Source: Parcubacteria group bacterium (GTDB taxonomy: Bacteria; Patescibacteriota; Minisyncoccia; Moranbacterales; UBA11712). Taken from it: 64,000 nt of DNA. Shown piece by piece: positions 50,816 through 62,300 of this stretch (the stretch's first letter is position 1; each line of letters begins with the position of its first letter). Under the pieces are notes generated by a model. It did no database searches and had not been told where the DNA came from. It saw only the letters and a list, made by a program, of their open reading frames with translations. The translations under genes were made by a program, and so were the position numbers. The stretch is from positions 2,040 to 66,039 of the forward strand of contig JBAZXV010000003.1 in NCBI GenBank assembly GCA_041659685.1. Reading direction: 5' to 3'.

Positions 50816-51886
50816 TTATTTCTCCCAGGAATAAGCCTTAAATGTCCAGTCAATCGCCGTGCGAATGTCCTGCCAGCGATACGGATCGTCAAGGATAACC
50901 ACGACGATGCGATGCAAGCGGGTTGGATCCGATACTCCCATAGGAAGGGAATATCCGGCCGCCGGCGTGAAACCGGTTTTTCCGCCCATGCAATTTGGAA
51001 TATCGTCGAGAAGAATATCGCTGTTAATGAGAGTGTGCGACGTCTGGCCGTCGCAAGAATATATTTCTGAATTATTCGGAAATCTGAACATTTTCCAAAC
51101 TTCGTCAAAGCGCATCGAATAAGCGGCGATGCGCGCAATGTCAGCCGCCGAGGAATAGCATTCGGATTCGCGTCCGTCCGGCTCGAGTCCGGAAGGCGTG
51201 CAAAAATGCGTATCCGTAAGTCCCATCTGTTCCGCTTTCCGGTTCATGAGACCGGCGAAGGCGTCCTGGGATCCGGCGATATGTTTTCCGAGGGCAATCG
51301 CCGCATCGTTGGCGCTGTTCATCAGCATCGCCTGAAGAAGGCTCCGCGCCGAAACCCGCTCCCCGATCTTGAGCCGGGGACTGATGCAATAGCCGCTGCG
51401 TGGACAGCCGATCTTTGTTCCTTCGATATAGACTTCCTCTTCGCCAATTTCCACCGGTTCTTCAAGATCACCTATTTTTTCCATAGCCAGAATGGCTGTC
51501 ATCATTTTCGTGAGCGATGCGATTTGCTTTTGGTCCGCTTCATGACCTCCGGCCAATATTTTCCCCGTATCGGCATCAACCACCACAAAGGCATGAGCGG
51601 TTGGAATCGCAAGATCATGAATTTCTTCATTCCGCACCGGCTGGTATTCCGGATCGTCGACGGCTTGGGCCTTAATCCGTTCGATTTTTTTCGCTTCCGC
51701 CTCAGGAATCGCTTTCTGAATTTCGTCCGGCCGCACCTCGTTGCGGAGCGATTTGTAATGCCGGCTGATCATATACGCTCCGTCAGCGATTATAATCGCT
51801 ATGAGCAGCAATAAAACAAAACCATATTTTGGTTTTTTGGGAGGCGGATCAGGTTTATATCTTTTAGGCAGGTATTTTATGTCCAT
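50816..51886 (-). CDS. D-alanyl-D-alanine carboxypeptidase (peptidase S11)
   Basis: ASLTKMMT, SAN, KTG motifs. Confidence 0.93.
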   Translation of the reverse strand: MDIKYLPKRYKPDPPPKKPKYGFVLLLLIAIIIADGAYMISRHYKSLRNEVRPDEIQKAIPEAEAKKIERIKAQAVDDPEYQPVRNEEIHDLAIPTAHAFVVVDADTGKILAGGHEADQKQIASLTKMMTAILAMEKIGDLEEPVEIGEEEVYIEGTKIGCPRSGYCISPRLKIGERVSARSLLQAMLMNSANDAAIALGKHIAGSQDAFAGLMNRKAEQMGLTDTHFCTPSGLEPDGRESECYSSAADIARIAAYSMRFDEVWKMFRFPNNSEIYSCDGQTSHTLINSDILLDDIPNCMGGKTGFTPAAGYSLPMGVSDPTRLHRIVVVILDDPYRWQDIRTAIDWTFKAYSWEK

Positions 51887-52081
51887 TACGAAGAAATTTT
51901 AGCAAATGAAAGGAGCCTCTGCAAATCAGCGGAAGATAAAACATTGACAGCCGCCGCGGCAGGATGTTTTTCCGCGGCGGAAGCTGGAAATTGGCGAAGG
52001 AGAAAAAATGGTCGAGAAGACTGGAAATAATATCCGCAGCCCCCCGTATTACCTATTAATCTAAATCTTAAAAACAGGAAT

Positions 52082-52231
52082 ATGCTGTGGACCATATTCG
52101 TAATCCTGCTGATCCTCTGGATTTTGGGAGTGGTGAGCTCCTATACTTTGGGAGGCTATATTCACATTTTGCTTGTCATAGCGATAGTGGTTCTTCTGAT
52201 CAGATTAATTGAAGGCAGAAGAGTCATTTGA
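52082..52231 (+). CDS. lmo0937/DUF5670 family small membrane protein
   Basis: MLWTIFVILLILWILGVVSSYTLGGYIHILLVIAIVVLLIRLIEGRRVI (manual translation). Confidence 0.85.
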   Translation: MLWTIFVILLILWILGVVSSYTLGGYIHILLVIAIVVLLIRLIEGRRVI

Positions 52232-52598
52232 CGATCCAGAAGACAACCCCTGCTCAAATCAACCGCTCATTGGCGGTTTTTCTTCGGGGCGGAAATACTC
52301 ACCAAGGTAAGTATTTAAATACGTATATCTGATTATTTCCCAACATCGGATGTCGGGAAACGCTAGGAGTTGTAGACGTCGGACGTCTACAAGAGTTGGT
52401 TTCCGGGATTACGCTCGCGGTCTTTTGCATAGGAGGACAAAATCTGCATGCAGTTGAGATCCCCCGATATTTTGGGGGTTGTTTTTTGTTCGAACACTTT
52501 GTTCGCATGGCATAAACAAAACCACCTGCTGAAATTGACATTCGGCAAACTATCGGATACTATTCATTATCAAAATAAAAAGATGGGAAGAGGAGAAT

Positions 52599-52937
52599 AT
52601 GGATCAAAAGCAAACAGTTCCTTTGGGTTCCCGGGAAGAGTATGCAATGGCCGAAGCCCTTCTGGCCGTCCAGGAAGTTCCCGGTGCAAACAGGCAAAAA
52701 TGCGAGCAGGCTTATGAGGCGCGGCATGAGGAAGCCCTTCTCGAATTCCCTCTCCTTGCGCATATCAACGATTATGCCGCCAGGATGGAGACGGTCTTTG
52801 ATGAAGAGATTGCGCTCATGCATTACGATCTCATTTATTTTAGACTCTACTCCGTCGCCTCCAAGGCGATCAAGGTGATCGCGGCTTATCGGCCCGAACT
52901 TGCCAAGCGGCTTGCCGAAAAGGCGGAGGAGACGTGA
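52599..52937 (+). CDS. Hypothetical protein
   Basis: GAGGAG RBS; TTGACA promoter near 52535. Confidence 0.65.
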   Translation: MDQKQTVPLGSREEYAMAEALLAVQEVPGANRQKCEQAYEARHEEALLEFPLLAHINDYAARMETVFDEEIALMHYDLIYFRLYSVASKAIKVIAAYRPELAKRLAEKAEET

Positions 52938-53107
52938 ACGCCGACCAGAAAATTTTTGCGCGCCCGTCAGGCGGCCTTTCACCGAGAGGCCGCTTTATCT
53001 TTTTCAAATTTTCCAACGTCCGGTTTTGAGAAGCCGCTTGCATCAAAACGGACGCTTTTTATCCAGAATGCGCTTGCCGCTTCTATGTGGTAAAATGAAG
53101 TCAACCG

Positions 53108-53803
53108 ATGAAAAAACAAAAAATCAAAAATAAAGCCCATACTCTTATCATTTCCGATCTTCACATGGGATCGCGGGTGAGCCGCGCCAGGGAAGCCGCC
53201 GAGTTTCTTAAAAGCTTTGAATTCCAAAAATTGATTTTACTCGGAGACATTTTTGAAGATCTCAATTTTAACCGCCTTCGTGAAGAAGACTGGAAGTTTA
53301 TAGCGCTCCTCACAAGGCTTTCCAAAACCAGAAAAGTGCGCTGGGTCGAAGGAAACCACGACAGGGGACTCGCGAAAATTTTTGCCGCGCTCACCGGAGC
53401 GAAAGTATATAAAGTTTATGTTTGGCGGCACAAGAACAAGAAATACCTCGCGATCCACGGCCATCAGTTTGATAATTTCCTCGTCGACAATGCCCTCCTA
53501 AGCTTGATCGCCGTCAAATTATATAATTTTATCCAGCTCATCGATTTTAAAGATAAGAGAATGAGCCGCTACGTAAAGAGGGAAAGCAAGGGCTGGATGC
53601 GCAATTCCGAAAAAGTAGCGGCGCGCGCCGTCCTCTATGCACGCCTTCGCGGGGCTGATTATATTTTCTGCGGGCACACCCACCAAGCGATGCAGGAGAA
53701 AAGAGGCAAAATCCGATATTTCAACTCGGGTTCCTGGACGGACGTGCCTTCGACCTATATTACTGCGGATGGCAAAAAAATCGAGATTTGCAGATATCAA
53801 TAA
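53108..53803 (+). CDS. Metallophosphoesterase (LpxH-like)
   Basis: SDLH, GD, GNHD, HGH, GHTH, NSG.W. Confidence 0.88.
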   Translation: MKKQKIKNKAHTLIISDLHMGSRVSRAREAAEFLKSFEFQKLILLGDIFEDLNFNRLREEDWKFIALLTRLSKTRKVRWVEGNHDRGLAKIFAALTGAKVYKVYVWRHKNKKYLAIHGHQFDNFLVDNALLSLIAVKLYNFIQLIDFKDKRMSRYVKRESKGWMRNSEKVAARAVLYARLRGADYIFCGHTHQAMQEKRGKIRYFNSGSWTDVPSTYITADGKKIEICRYQ

Positions 53804-53977
53804 ATAAAATATCCCGGCAATTGACGCCGGGATTTTTTTGTCGGGTAAAAATTCTTAGGACAAAGAAACAAAGCCGGCGAATATTTGTAGGAATATACGA
53901 GAGAAAAATATAAGCGCGTTAATTTATAATTTACTCTGTTAAATAGCGCGCCGGAGCGCAATTTAACAGGAAAAAAT

Positions 53978-54478
53978 ATGGAAAAAAGCAACAACGGACA
54001 GAAAATTATTATCGAGCGCGTATTCAATGTTCCAAAAGAAAAAGCCTGGAAGGCCTGGACTGATCCTGAAATGATCAAAAAATGGTGGGGACCGAAAGAT
54101 TTCACAGCGCCCCATATCAGCCTCGATCTGCGCGCGGGCGGCAAGTTCCTCTATTCCATGCGGGGAAAAGCCGGACCGGATCAGCCGGTAAGAGATTTTT
54201 GGAATACCGGTAAATTTATGAAAATCGTGCCGCGGGAAAAAATCGTCTCATCCGTCAGCTTTGCGGACGAGCAAGGAAACCCCGTTCCCGCCTCGCACTA
54301 CGACATGCCCGACCAGTGGCCGATGGAAACCAAATCAACGACCATATTCGAGGAAACCGCAGATGGAAAAACAAAACTAACCGTGCGGGAGGCCGGCATT
54401 CCCGAAGAAATGGCCGAGCCCGCGCGCATGGGCTGGGAACAGTCTCTCGACAAATTTCAAAAAGTCCTTGAGCAATGA
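53978..54478 (+). CDS. SRPBCC/AHSA1 domain protein
   Basis: AWTDPE...WWGP, DLRAGG, GWEQSLD. Confidence 0.9.
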   Translation: MEKSNNGQKIIIERVFNVPKEKAWKAWTDPEMIKKWWGPKDFTAPHISLDLRAGGKFLYSMRGKAGPDQPVRDFWNTGKFMKIVPREKIVSSVSFADEQGNPVPASHYDMPDQWPMETKSTTIFEETADGKTKLTVREAGIPEEMAEPARMGWEQSLDKFQKVLEQ

Positions 54479-54502
54479 CCAACTATTATTTTCTTCCCAA
54501 AT

Positions 54503-55192
54503 TCAATCCTGGGAAATGCTAATCAGAGTGCAGGCTCCCTTTTTTGTGAGAGCGGGGATCACCCGGTATTTGACTCCCCCAATCTCGGTCTTCCAGGAGC
54601 TTTCCCAGTGGCCGGACAGGACATATTTCACATTCGGCGTCAGAAGTTTGCGAAATTCCTTATATTTATTCGAATATTTTTTCGACGTTCTTGAAAACGG
54701 CGGATGGTGCATGGCGATTATGACATCTTTATCGGTTTGGAGCGCCTGCTTCAAAAATTTTAACTGGGTTTTTTTCAGTCCCCCGGTCGAATCGCTGTTT
54801 CTTTCATTGGTATCGAGAACAATTATGCGGATTTTTTTCAGATCGCAGTAATAATATGTCGAACCGTTAAAAACCTTGAAACTTTTCTTGTCGTGATTGC
54901 CTTTGACCCAGATCGTCTTGACTGATGAAAATTTATCGGCGGCGTCCTTCAGCATTTTGGCGTATGTTTTTAACCCTTTATCCGTCATGTCTCCGTCAAC
55001 TATCACTGCGTCCGCCTTGTCCTCAAAATTCCGAAGCGCGTCTTCAAAATAGGATATTTTTTCTTCAGGGGAACAGGCTGTTTTGGATTGCTTCATGTTT
55101 TTTTTGCCGACGTGAAGATCGGTTACGACGCCGACGGTTGCCGCCGAGCAAAGACTTGGTATTAAAATAAGCAGAATAATGAGCTTTTTCAT
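54503..55192 (-). CDS. Secreted metallophosphoesterase
   Basis: TDLH, GD, GNHD, HHP, SGH. Confidence 0.85.
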   Translation of the reverse strand: MKKLIILLILIPSLCSAATVGVVTDLHVGKKNMKQSKTACSPEEKISYFEDALRNFEDKADAVIVDGDMTDKGLKTYAKMLKDAADKFSSVKTIWVKGNHDKKSFKVFNGSTYYYCDLKKIRIIVLDTNERNSDSTGGLKKTQLKFLKQALQTDKDVIIAMHHPPFSRTSKKYSNKYKEFRKLLTPNVKYVLSGHWESSWKTEIGGVKYRVIPALTKKGACTLISISQD

Positions 55193-55514
55193 GGTTGTGC
55201 CCGAATCTTTTCATAGATATGGCCTTAGCTGTCCCGGCGTTTGCATTGAATGCCGGGACGGATAAAAAATAATATCGCTTCCCCAAAGTTAAGCGGCTTA
55301 TGATTCCGCTTAGACTCCCCTTCTTTCTCTCATTATGTTTTCAGCCGGCTCTTTCATAAACATTATTACAAAAAGATTTGCAAATCCTTACAGCGCGCCA
55401 AAGGGAAAAACTGCTGAAACAATACTATTAATAACGGCGATCCGTTTCGGCTGAATTTCTAGTGAACCGCCCATCGTCATTTTTCAGCACGGGAATTCGG
55501 AAAAAATCTTCGAA

Positions 55515-55546
55515 AAAACACCCCGGCGTAAAAGCCGGGGTGTTTT
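55515..55546. terminator. Terminator of the helicase gene
   Basis: AAAACACCCCGGC-GTAAAA-GCCGGGGTGTTTT. Confidence 0.75.
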
Positions 55547-55577
55547 GATGACCGAAGGAATATTTGAGTGTCAGGCG

Positions 55578-56810
55578 TTATTCGACAAAGGTGAGCGCTT
55601 TCCCCTTGTGGGTTCCGCGACCGGTTCGTCCAATGCGATGGATATAATCTTCGTAGGTAGAGGGAATGTCATAATTGATGACATGAGTCACGCCGTCTAT
55701 ATCAAGCCCGCGGGCGGCCACATCCGTGGCGACCAGAATCCGGGCATGATTGTCTTTGAATTTTTTGAGAGCGCGCTGACGCTGGCCGTGAGATTTGTTG
55801 CCATGGATGGATTCTGCCTTGAATCCTCGATTCAAAAGAGTCTTTGAAAGTTTTTCCACTCCATGCTTCGTTCGGCCGAAAACAAGCACTTTTTTGAATT
55901 CGGGACCGTTTAAGATGTTGTGAAGCATCTCGACTTTATCCAATCCGTTTATTTTTACAATATCCTGCTCGACATTTTTTGAGGTCGCCTGAGTTTTTAC
56001 GGAGATTGTTATCGGATCTCTAAGAAAATTGTTAATAAGAGCTTCTATTCTCGGAGACATTGTGGCCGCAAAGCACAGGGTATGCCTCTCCGTCGGAACA
56101 TGCGACATGATAAGACGAATGTCATTGATAAATCCCATATCAAGCATTTGATCGGCCTCATCCAGAACAACGGTTTCCACTTCGCCGAGGCGCAAACATT
56201 TTCTGTTGATAAGATCGATCGTCCTCCCGGGAGTACCGATGATAAGATTATTGAAATATCTAAGATCGCGAATTTGCATGTTGATATTGGCTCCGCCCAC
56301 ACAAACCACCGAATAGAGGCCGAGGCCTTTCGAGAACACGCGAAATTCCTGGTCGATTTGAATCGCCAGTTCGCGCGTCGGAGTCAGAATAAGCACCTGC
56401 GTGTTCTTGTCTTCCTGCATCTTGTGAATAAGCGGCAATAAAAAAGCGGCGGTTTTTCCGGTTCCGGTATTCGCCAGACCCACGACATCGCGGCCGTTCA
56501 GGATGTGCGGAATTATTTTGTCCTGGATTGGAGTCGGCTGCTCATAACCATTCTGTTCGAGAGTGCGAAGGATCGTGGAACTGATTTTAAAGTCGGAAAA
56601 TTTATGTTCCGGCACAAAACGATCCACTTTTTCCGTAATGACAGCGGCTTTGTTGATAAATGAAGAAATGTCGAGCGGCGTTAATTTGAAACCGCCTCCT
56701 CTGGGAGCCCGGCTTCTTCCGCCGAAGCGGCTGCCTCCCCCCGAATTTCTCCGGCGGCCAGGCGAAAAGCTCCGCCTCGCGGATTGATATTTTGAATTAT
56801 TGTTTCTCAT
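55578..56810 (-). CDS. DEAD-box RNA helicase (RhlE-like)
   Basis: PTPIQ, TGTGKT, PTRELA, DEAD, ARGLD, HRIGRTGR. Confidence 0.95.
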   Translation of the reverse strand: MRNNNSKYQSARRSFSPGRRRNSGGGSRFGGRSRAPRGGGFKLTPLDISSFINKAAVITEKVDRFVPEHKFSDFKISSTILRTLEQNGYEQPTPIQDKIIPHILNGRDVVGLANTGTGKTAAFLLPLIHKMQEDKNTQVLILTPTRELAIQIDQEFRVFSKGLGLYSVVCVGGANINMQIRDLRYFNNLIIGTPGRTIDLINRKCLRLGEVETVVLDEADQMLDMGFINDIRLIMSHVPTERHTLCFAATMSPRIEALINNFLRDPITISVKTQATSKNVEQDIVKINGLDKVEMLHNILNGPEFKKVLVFGRTKHGVEKLSKTLLNRGFKAESIHGNKSHGQRQRALKKFKDNHARILVATDVAARGLDIDGVTHVINYDIPSTYEDYIHRIGRTGRGTHKGKALTFVE

Positions 56811-57115
56811 GTAATTGTTGAATAATAAATGTTCTTTAATAATATTTTGTTGCCGCGCTAAAAATAGTTATTTCCGTTCCCCTGCGGAAATGGCCTGCAA
56901 ATGGCGCAAGGCAATCTGTTAATCATATACTATTTATCTATTTTTGTAAAGGGCTAAGCGTTATTAGGCCTTATTTATGGTAAAAATTGAAGAAAAAGGA
57001 GTATCAAAAAAAACGGCGGGGCCGACCGACGCTTTTTTCTATCCATGAAACCCAAATAATTAAAATGGCATAATCGACCTTGAGTTTTGGGTTCTTTTTT
57101 TGTTGTGTTTCTGCC

Positions 57116-58831
57116 CTATCGGGATTTTTTGAACGATCCGGAGCTATTCACTTTCCAGGTATATTTTTTCTTTCCGTTGAAGCGCGTAATGAATTTTCTT
57201 TTTGTGATTTGCAAAATGATTTGCGCCGTTTTGTATTTCTTTTTGAGCATCACTCGTTTGACTATTGTCACATTGCTCCCCCAAACTCTCGCGAGTGTGA
57301 TGTAGGCTCTTTTTTTGATCAGCCCCACGGCTATAATTTCATGGTATTCATCGCCGTAAAAATTAGCATCGGCATATTGGGCCGTTAGAGGATCGACGGT
57401 AAAGAAGGGGTATTCGCCGCCGTTCACATATGTCAGCCGGCCGTTTGCAAAGATGTCTGCCGGATCATCGCTGTTTGCCGCGTATCCCTCCGGCGCAGCG
57501 GGCGAGCAAACCTCAGCCGCTATGTTTGCGTCCCCCAAGCCGTCGCTGTCGGCGTCGCGATAGTAAGTTTGCTTTTGGGAAATAGAATTATCGGATTCAT
57601 CGCAATCAGAACCCGCTGATGAGCCATCGTTATCGAAGTCGCCGTCATTTTGATCATTGCTGTTTGCGGCATAGCCGGGCGGAATGGTGAAGGAACAAAC
57701 GGAGGTTGTTTCGTCCGAGCCGAGGCCGTCGCTGTCAGCGTCGCGGTAGTAGGTTTGAAATTGGAAAATGGAACTGTTCGAGTCGTTGCAGTCGACGCTT
57801 GTCGCATAGCCGTCATTATCGAAGTCGCTGTCGTTCCGGTCGGTGTTATCAGCCACGTATCCCGCCGGCGCGGTGAGCGAACAAAAAGAGGCCGGGGCGC
57901 TCGCGCCCAGCCCGTCGCCGTCCGCGTCGGGATAATACATCCGATTCGAAGAGATGCCGGCGTCGTAATCATTACAATCTTCGTTATAATTTTTTCCGTC
58001 TTTATCGGCATCGAGGCAAGTAACCGGATATTCCGTGTATTTTACGATCTGACCGTTATCGTCGTTAGTGATATAGACATCGGCCTTGCGCGCCAGACAA
58101 TTCGCCTTCATCGCAAAGCCTTCCTGGGCGCTCCCCGGGAGGCTGTAATGATTAATCGCTTCATTTGCCCCGTTAAGCTCCACCAGGGCGTTACTCGCAT
58201 CAAAAATCGCATAGGAAATTCCGGTATCCGCGTTGTAATCGATTCCGGAAATATCCGAATAGCCCGCATCCGGCGTGATAGTTTGCGCATAATCAACATC
58301 CCCGCTAGCATTGAGATTCACGTCAAAGACATAAATTTTTCCGTCCGCCTGAAGACCGGCCAGAAAATATCCATCCCGATAAGCCAGGCCTTCGAGCCCG
58401 CTGTTATCCGGACCAGTCATCCAGGTTGTAAGAGTCCAGGATTTTCCGGAAAGTTCTCCCGTGCCGAGATCAAATTCCACGATGCTGTCCGGGTTTTCTA
58501 TGCCGATATACAAATACCGGTCGTCTTCCGCAAGAGTGATCCCCTCAAGATCCCCGGCCACCGGCCAGGAATTTAGCTCGGTCCCGTTCGAATTAAGTTC
58601 TATAAGCGTTCCGGTGTTGCGGACAACAAAAAGCGATTGCCTCCCTTCATGCCAAACTGCGCCGCTTGCATCCGAATACGTTGCGATAGTCGTTCCCGAC
58701 CCTCCCGGCCAAGAGTTGATGGCAAGGCAATGCCAGGGAGAGGCAATGAAAAAAATAATGACGCCTAAAATAGTAATTTTTATTTTTTTACCGGAGACAG
58801 GGACGCCTTTGGCAAATATTTTATCCTCCAT
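57116..58831 (-). CDS. Secreted SdiA-regulated/YjiK-like propeller protein with MopE-like metal-binding repeats
   Basis: DLEGIT, GLEGL, QEG; repeated YY.DAD.DGLG..C...P.GY. Confidence 0.78.
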   Translation of the reverse strand: MEDKIFAKGVPVSGKKIKITILGVIIFFIASPWHCLAINSWPGGSGTTIATYSDASGAVWHEGRQSLFVVRNTGTLIELNSNGTELNSWPVAGDLEGITLAEDDRYLYIGIENPDSIVEFDLGTGELSGKSWTLTTWMTGPDNSGLEGLAYRDGYFLAGLQADGKIYVFDVNLNASGDVDYAQTITPDAGYSDISGIDYNADTGISYAIFDASNALVELNGANEAINHYSLPGSAQEGFAMKANCLARKADVYITNDDNGQIVKYTEYPVTCLDADKDGKNYNEDCNDYDAGISSNRMYYPDADGDGLGASAPASFCSLTAPAGYVADNTDRNDSDFDNDGYATSVDCNDSNSSIFQFQTYYRDADSDGLGSDETTSVCSFTIPPGYAANSNDQNDGDFDNDGSSAGSDCDESDNSISQKQTYYRDADSDGLGDANIAAEVCSPAAPEGYAANSDDPADIFANGRLTYVNGGEYPFFTVDPLTAQYADANFYGDEYHEIIAVGLIKKRAYITLARVWGSNVTIVKRVMLKKKYKTAQIILQITKRKFITRFNGKKKYTWKVNSSGSFKKSR

Positions 58832-59393
58832 TTTTTTATTGTACCATAAATCGGCTTGTATTCTTAAATTATCCCCGGCGTTATCAAATCAAGCGATTAT
58901 TCGCCGATTGAACATTGAATGAAAACAAAGTCAAAAAGCGGTTGTATATATATGTGCAATTCGGAGAAATTTGCCTATTAAATAATCAATTTTCATAAAG
59001 TATAAAAACGATAAATGCGTAAATTTCCGGCAATATTAGCAGTAGCGGCGTTCCTGCTTCTGGCGACAGCTCTTTTTTTGATCTTCGAAGGAAAAAACGA
59101 CTACGCCTCTCCCTTCCCCCATGAACTATAATGCAATTTCAGCGCCGCAGACCCGGAATCCGGCCTCCGCGGGCTATCGGAAATAATTTTATTCTTTTAC
59201 GATGAAGCACAAAATTCCTGTCTATACCGGACCTTTTGTTTTGGCCTCTCTCGCCATTTTCTTTTTGAAGCCGTATTTCAAGTTCTGAAATAGATTTTTG
59301 CAATGCAGAACTGTTTTCCTGAAATTATTATTAAAATAATTTCCATTTTGTGGTATAATTTATATTATAATACAGGACAATAAAAATCTTTCC

Positions 59394-62300
59394 GTGCATC
59401 AAAAAAAACAAAAAAAATTGTTTCTATGCTTGTTCGCTGTTTTAGTGTTGTTTTTTATTTTTTCTTTTGGCATTTCCCGCGCTTCGGCAGCGATGGTTTA
59501 TGTGGACTATTCCACCGGAAACGACACAACCGGCGACGGGACATCGGAAAATCCGTATAAAACTTTCCATAAAGGCTTCACAATGGCCAACGCCGACGAT
59601 ATATTGGACCTCGCCGGAACTTTTGACTGGACCAACGCCGACGAAACCGGGGACGCGGCGACGACCGGCTATACGATCAACAAAAATTTGACTATCCTGG
59701 GCCACGGGCCGGATCAAACCATCATCCAGGCGGCGAGCTCCGAAAACACCGCCGGCCGGCGGGTATTCACTGTGGCCAGAGATATATCAGTATCTTTCCA
59801 AGGCTTGGCAATCCGTTATGGCAAGCTCACCGGCTTCAATTTTGGCGGCGGAATTTTGGCCATCGGCGCAGTCACAATGACCGACTGTGAAGTATACAGC
59901 AACCGGTGCGGGGGCGGTTTTGGCGGCGGAATTTTGGGCGGAGGCGTCAATGATTCGAGTGATAGCGGTTCCTCTGTCGCCAATTTGACAATTATAGATA
60001 GCTCCTTTCATGACAACATTGCCTATTACGGAGGTGGCGGAGTCTCCTACAAATCTCCCACCTCCGGATCCGGAACACTAACCATCACCAATTCCACCAT
60101 CGCCTCAAATCAAAGAACGGCCACCACTGGAAATACCGAAGGGGCAGGAGTTAATATCTGGTATGGGAACGCCATTTTCACCAATACTACTGTTTCGAAA
60201 AATATCGCCCCGAACGGATCGGGGAACTGCGGCTACAGCATGAACGACCCGCTCGGATATATCACCATAAAAAATTCAATAGTTGCCGGAAATACCGGAT
60301 CGACCATGGAATTCGGCTACCGACAGGCCGGATACGGCAACGTGACAGACAACGGCTACAACATCATCGCTGGCAGCCAATCATACTACACTTGGACCGG
60401 CGCGACCGACTGGGTGGACACGAACCAAGACGGGTCCTTTGTCCTTTACGGCACGGCCACAACCGGGCAATCAAACTTTGACACTTCGATAAACATAAAC
60501 GACAACACGAACAACAAAACGAAAACGCTCGCCCTGCTTTCGGGAAGCATTGCCATCAACAACGGCTCTCCGGATGCCAATGGCTCCATAAGCGTCCCTT
60601 CAACAGACCAGCGCGGAGCGACCAGAAACGGATCCGTTGACATCGGAGCCTATGAATTCGACGGCGGCGGACTTCCTGTCGACGCTCCCGCAACCCAGGC
60701 TTCGGGAATCGCTTCTTCAAGTGTCTATTATAATAATATGACCGTGAGCTGGACGAACGGAAATGGATCCCGCCGGGTCGTTTTCGCAAAACAGGCTTCG
60801 AGCGGCACGGCTTCTCCGGTTGATACGACCCGCTATAGCCCCAGTTCCGTATTCGGCTCTGGCAGCCAAATCGGCTCGAGTGGCTGGTATGCCGTTTATG
60901 ATGGCCTCGGCACCAGCGTCACGGTGACGAATCTGACCGGCGCCACCAATTATATCTTTCAGGTTTTCGAATATAACGGCGTTGGAACCGGCCAGGCGGA
61001 ATATCTAACAAGCACCGGCAGTGGAAATTCTTTGGCTCAAGCGAGTTATTCCCCAACCACGCTCTACGCCAATTCTGCAAGCGGAAACGACACGACCGGC
61101 GCTGGAACGTCGGGAAATCCCTATAAAACTTTCTACAAGACCTATGCAATGAGCCAGCCCGGCGACACGATTGATCTTACCGGAACTTTCACCTGGACGG
61201 ACGCGGACGAAACGGGCGACGCCGCAACAACCGGATATACGATCAGTAAGGATTTGACAATTGGAGGACACGGACCGAATCAAACCATCATCCAGTCGGC
61301 CAGCGCCGATAATACGGCTGATCGGCGCGTTTTCACTGTGTCGCGAGCCAATACCGTCGCTTTTCAGGATTTGGCGGTCCGATACGGACGACTCACTTCC
61401 TATGGTTACGGCGCAGGAATTTTCGCGATGGGAACAATCACAATTTCAGATTGCGAGATATATAGCAACCGGAGCGCAGGAGCTTTCGGCGGAGGAGTCC
61501 AGGGAGGCGGCTGCGACAACGCCAGTGACGCCGGATCCTCCGTGTCCAACGTAACCATTGTCGACAGTTCAATTCACGACAATATGGCCTATTACGGCGG
61601 AGGAGGCATCACTTTCAAATCGCCCGTTTCCGGATCAGGCACTCTCACTGTCACTAATTCCACTATTTCCGGAAACCAGCGGACGGCCACCATCGGGAAC
61701 ACGGAAGGATCGGGTGTCAACATCTGGAATGGCAACGCTGTTTTGACAAATGTTACTATTTCCGGAAATTCCGCCCCGAACGGTTCCGGAAACTGCGGCA
61801 TCGACATAAACGACCAGCTGGGATACATCACCATGAAAAATTCGATCATTGCCGGAAACACCGGAACCACTTATGAATTCGGCTACCGGCAGGCCGGATA
61901 CGGGCACGTTATTGATAATGGCTACAATATCATCGCCGGCAACCAATATTATTACACCTGGACAGGCGCGACCGACTGGGTGGACACAAACCAAGACGGG
62001 TCTTTCGTTCTTTACGGCACGGCCACAACCGGACAGCTGAACCGGGGCAGTTTCGGCCTGAACAGCTCCCTGAATAATACGCAAACCTACGCTATGCTTG
62101 AAAACAGCATTACTATCAACAATGGCTCATCAAGCGCCAACGGCTCCGTGAGTGTGCCTTCGACGGACCAGCGCGGTTTAGTCAGAGTTGGCGCGACTGA
62201 TATCGGCGCCTATGAATACGGGGCAACCGCCAACACCACCCCGAGTCTCACCAGTGTTTCCGACTCTCCCGATCCGGTGAAAGGCGGCGGCGCAATCTCT

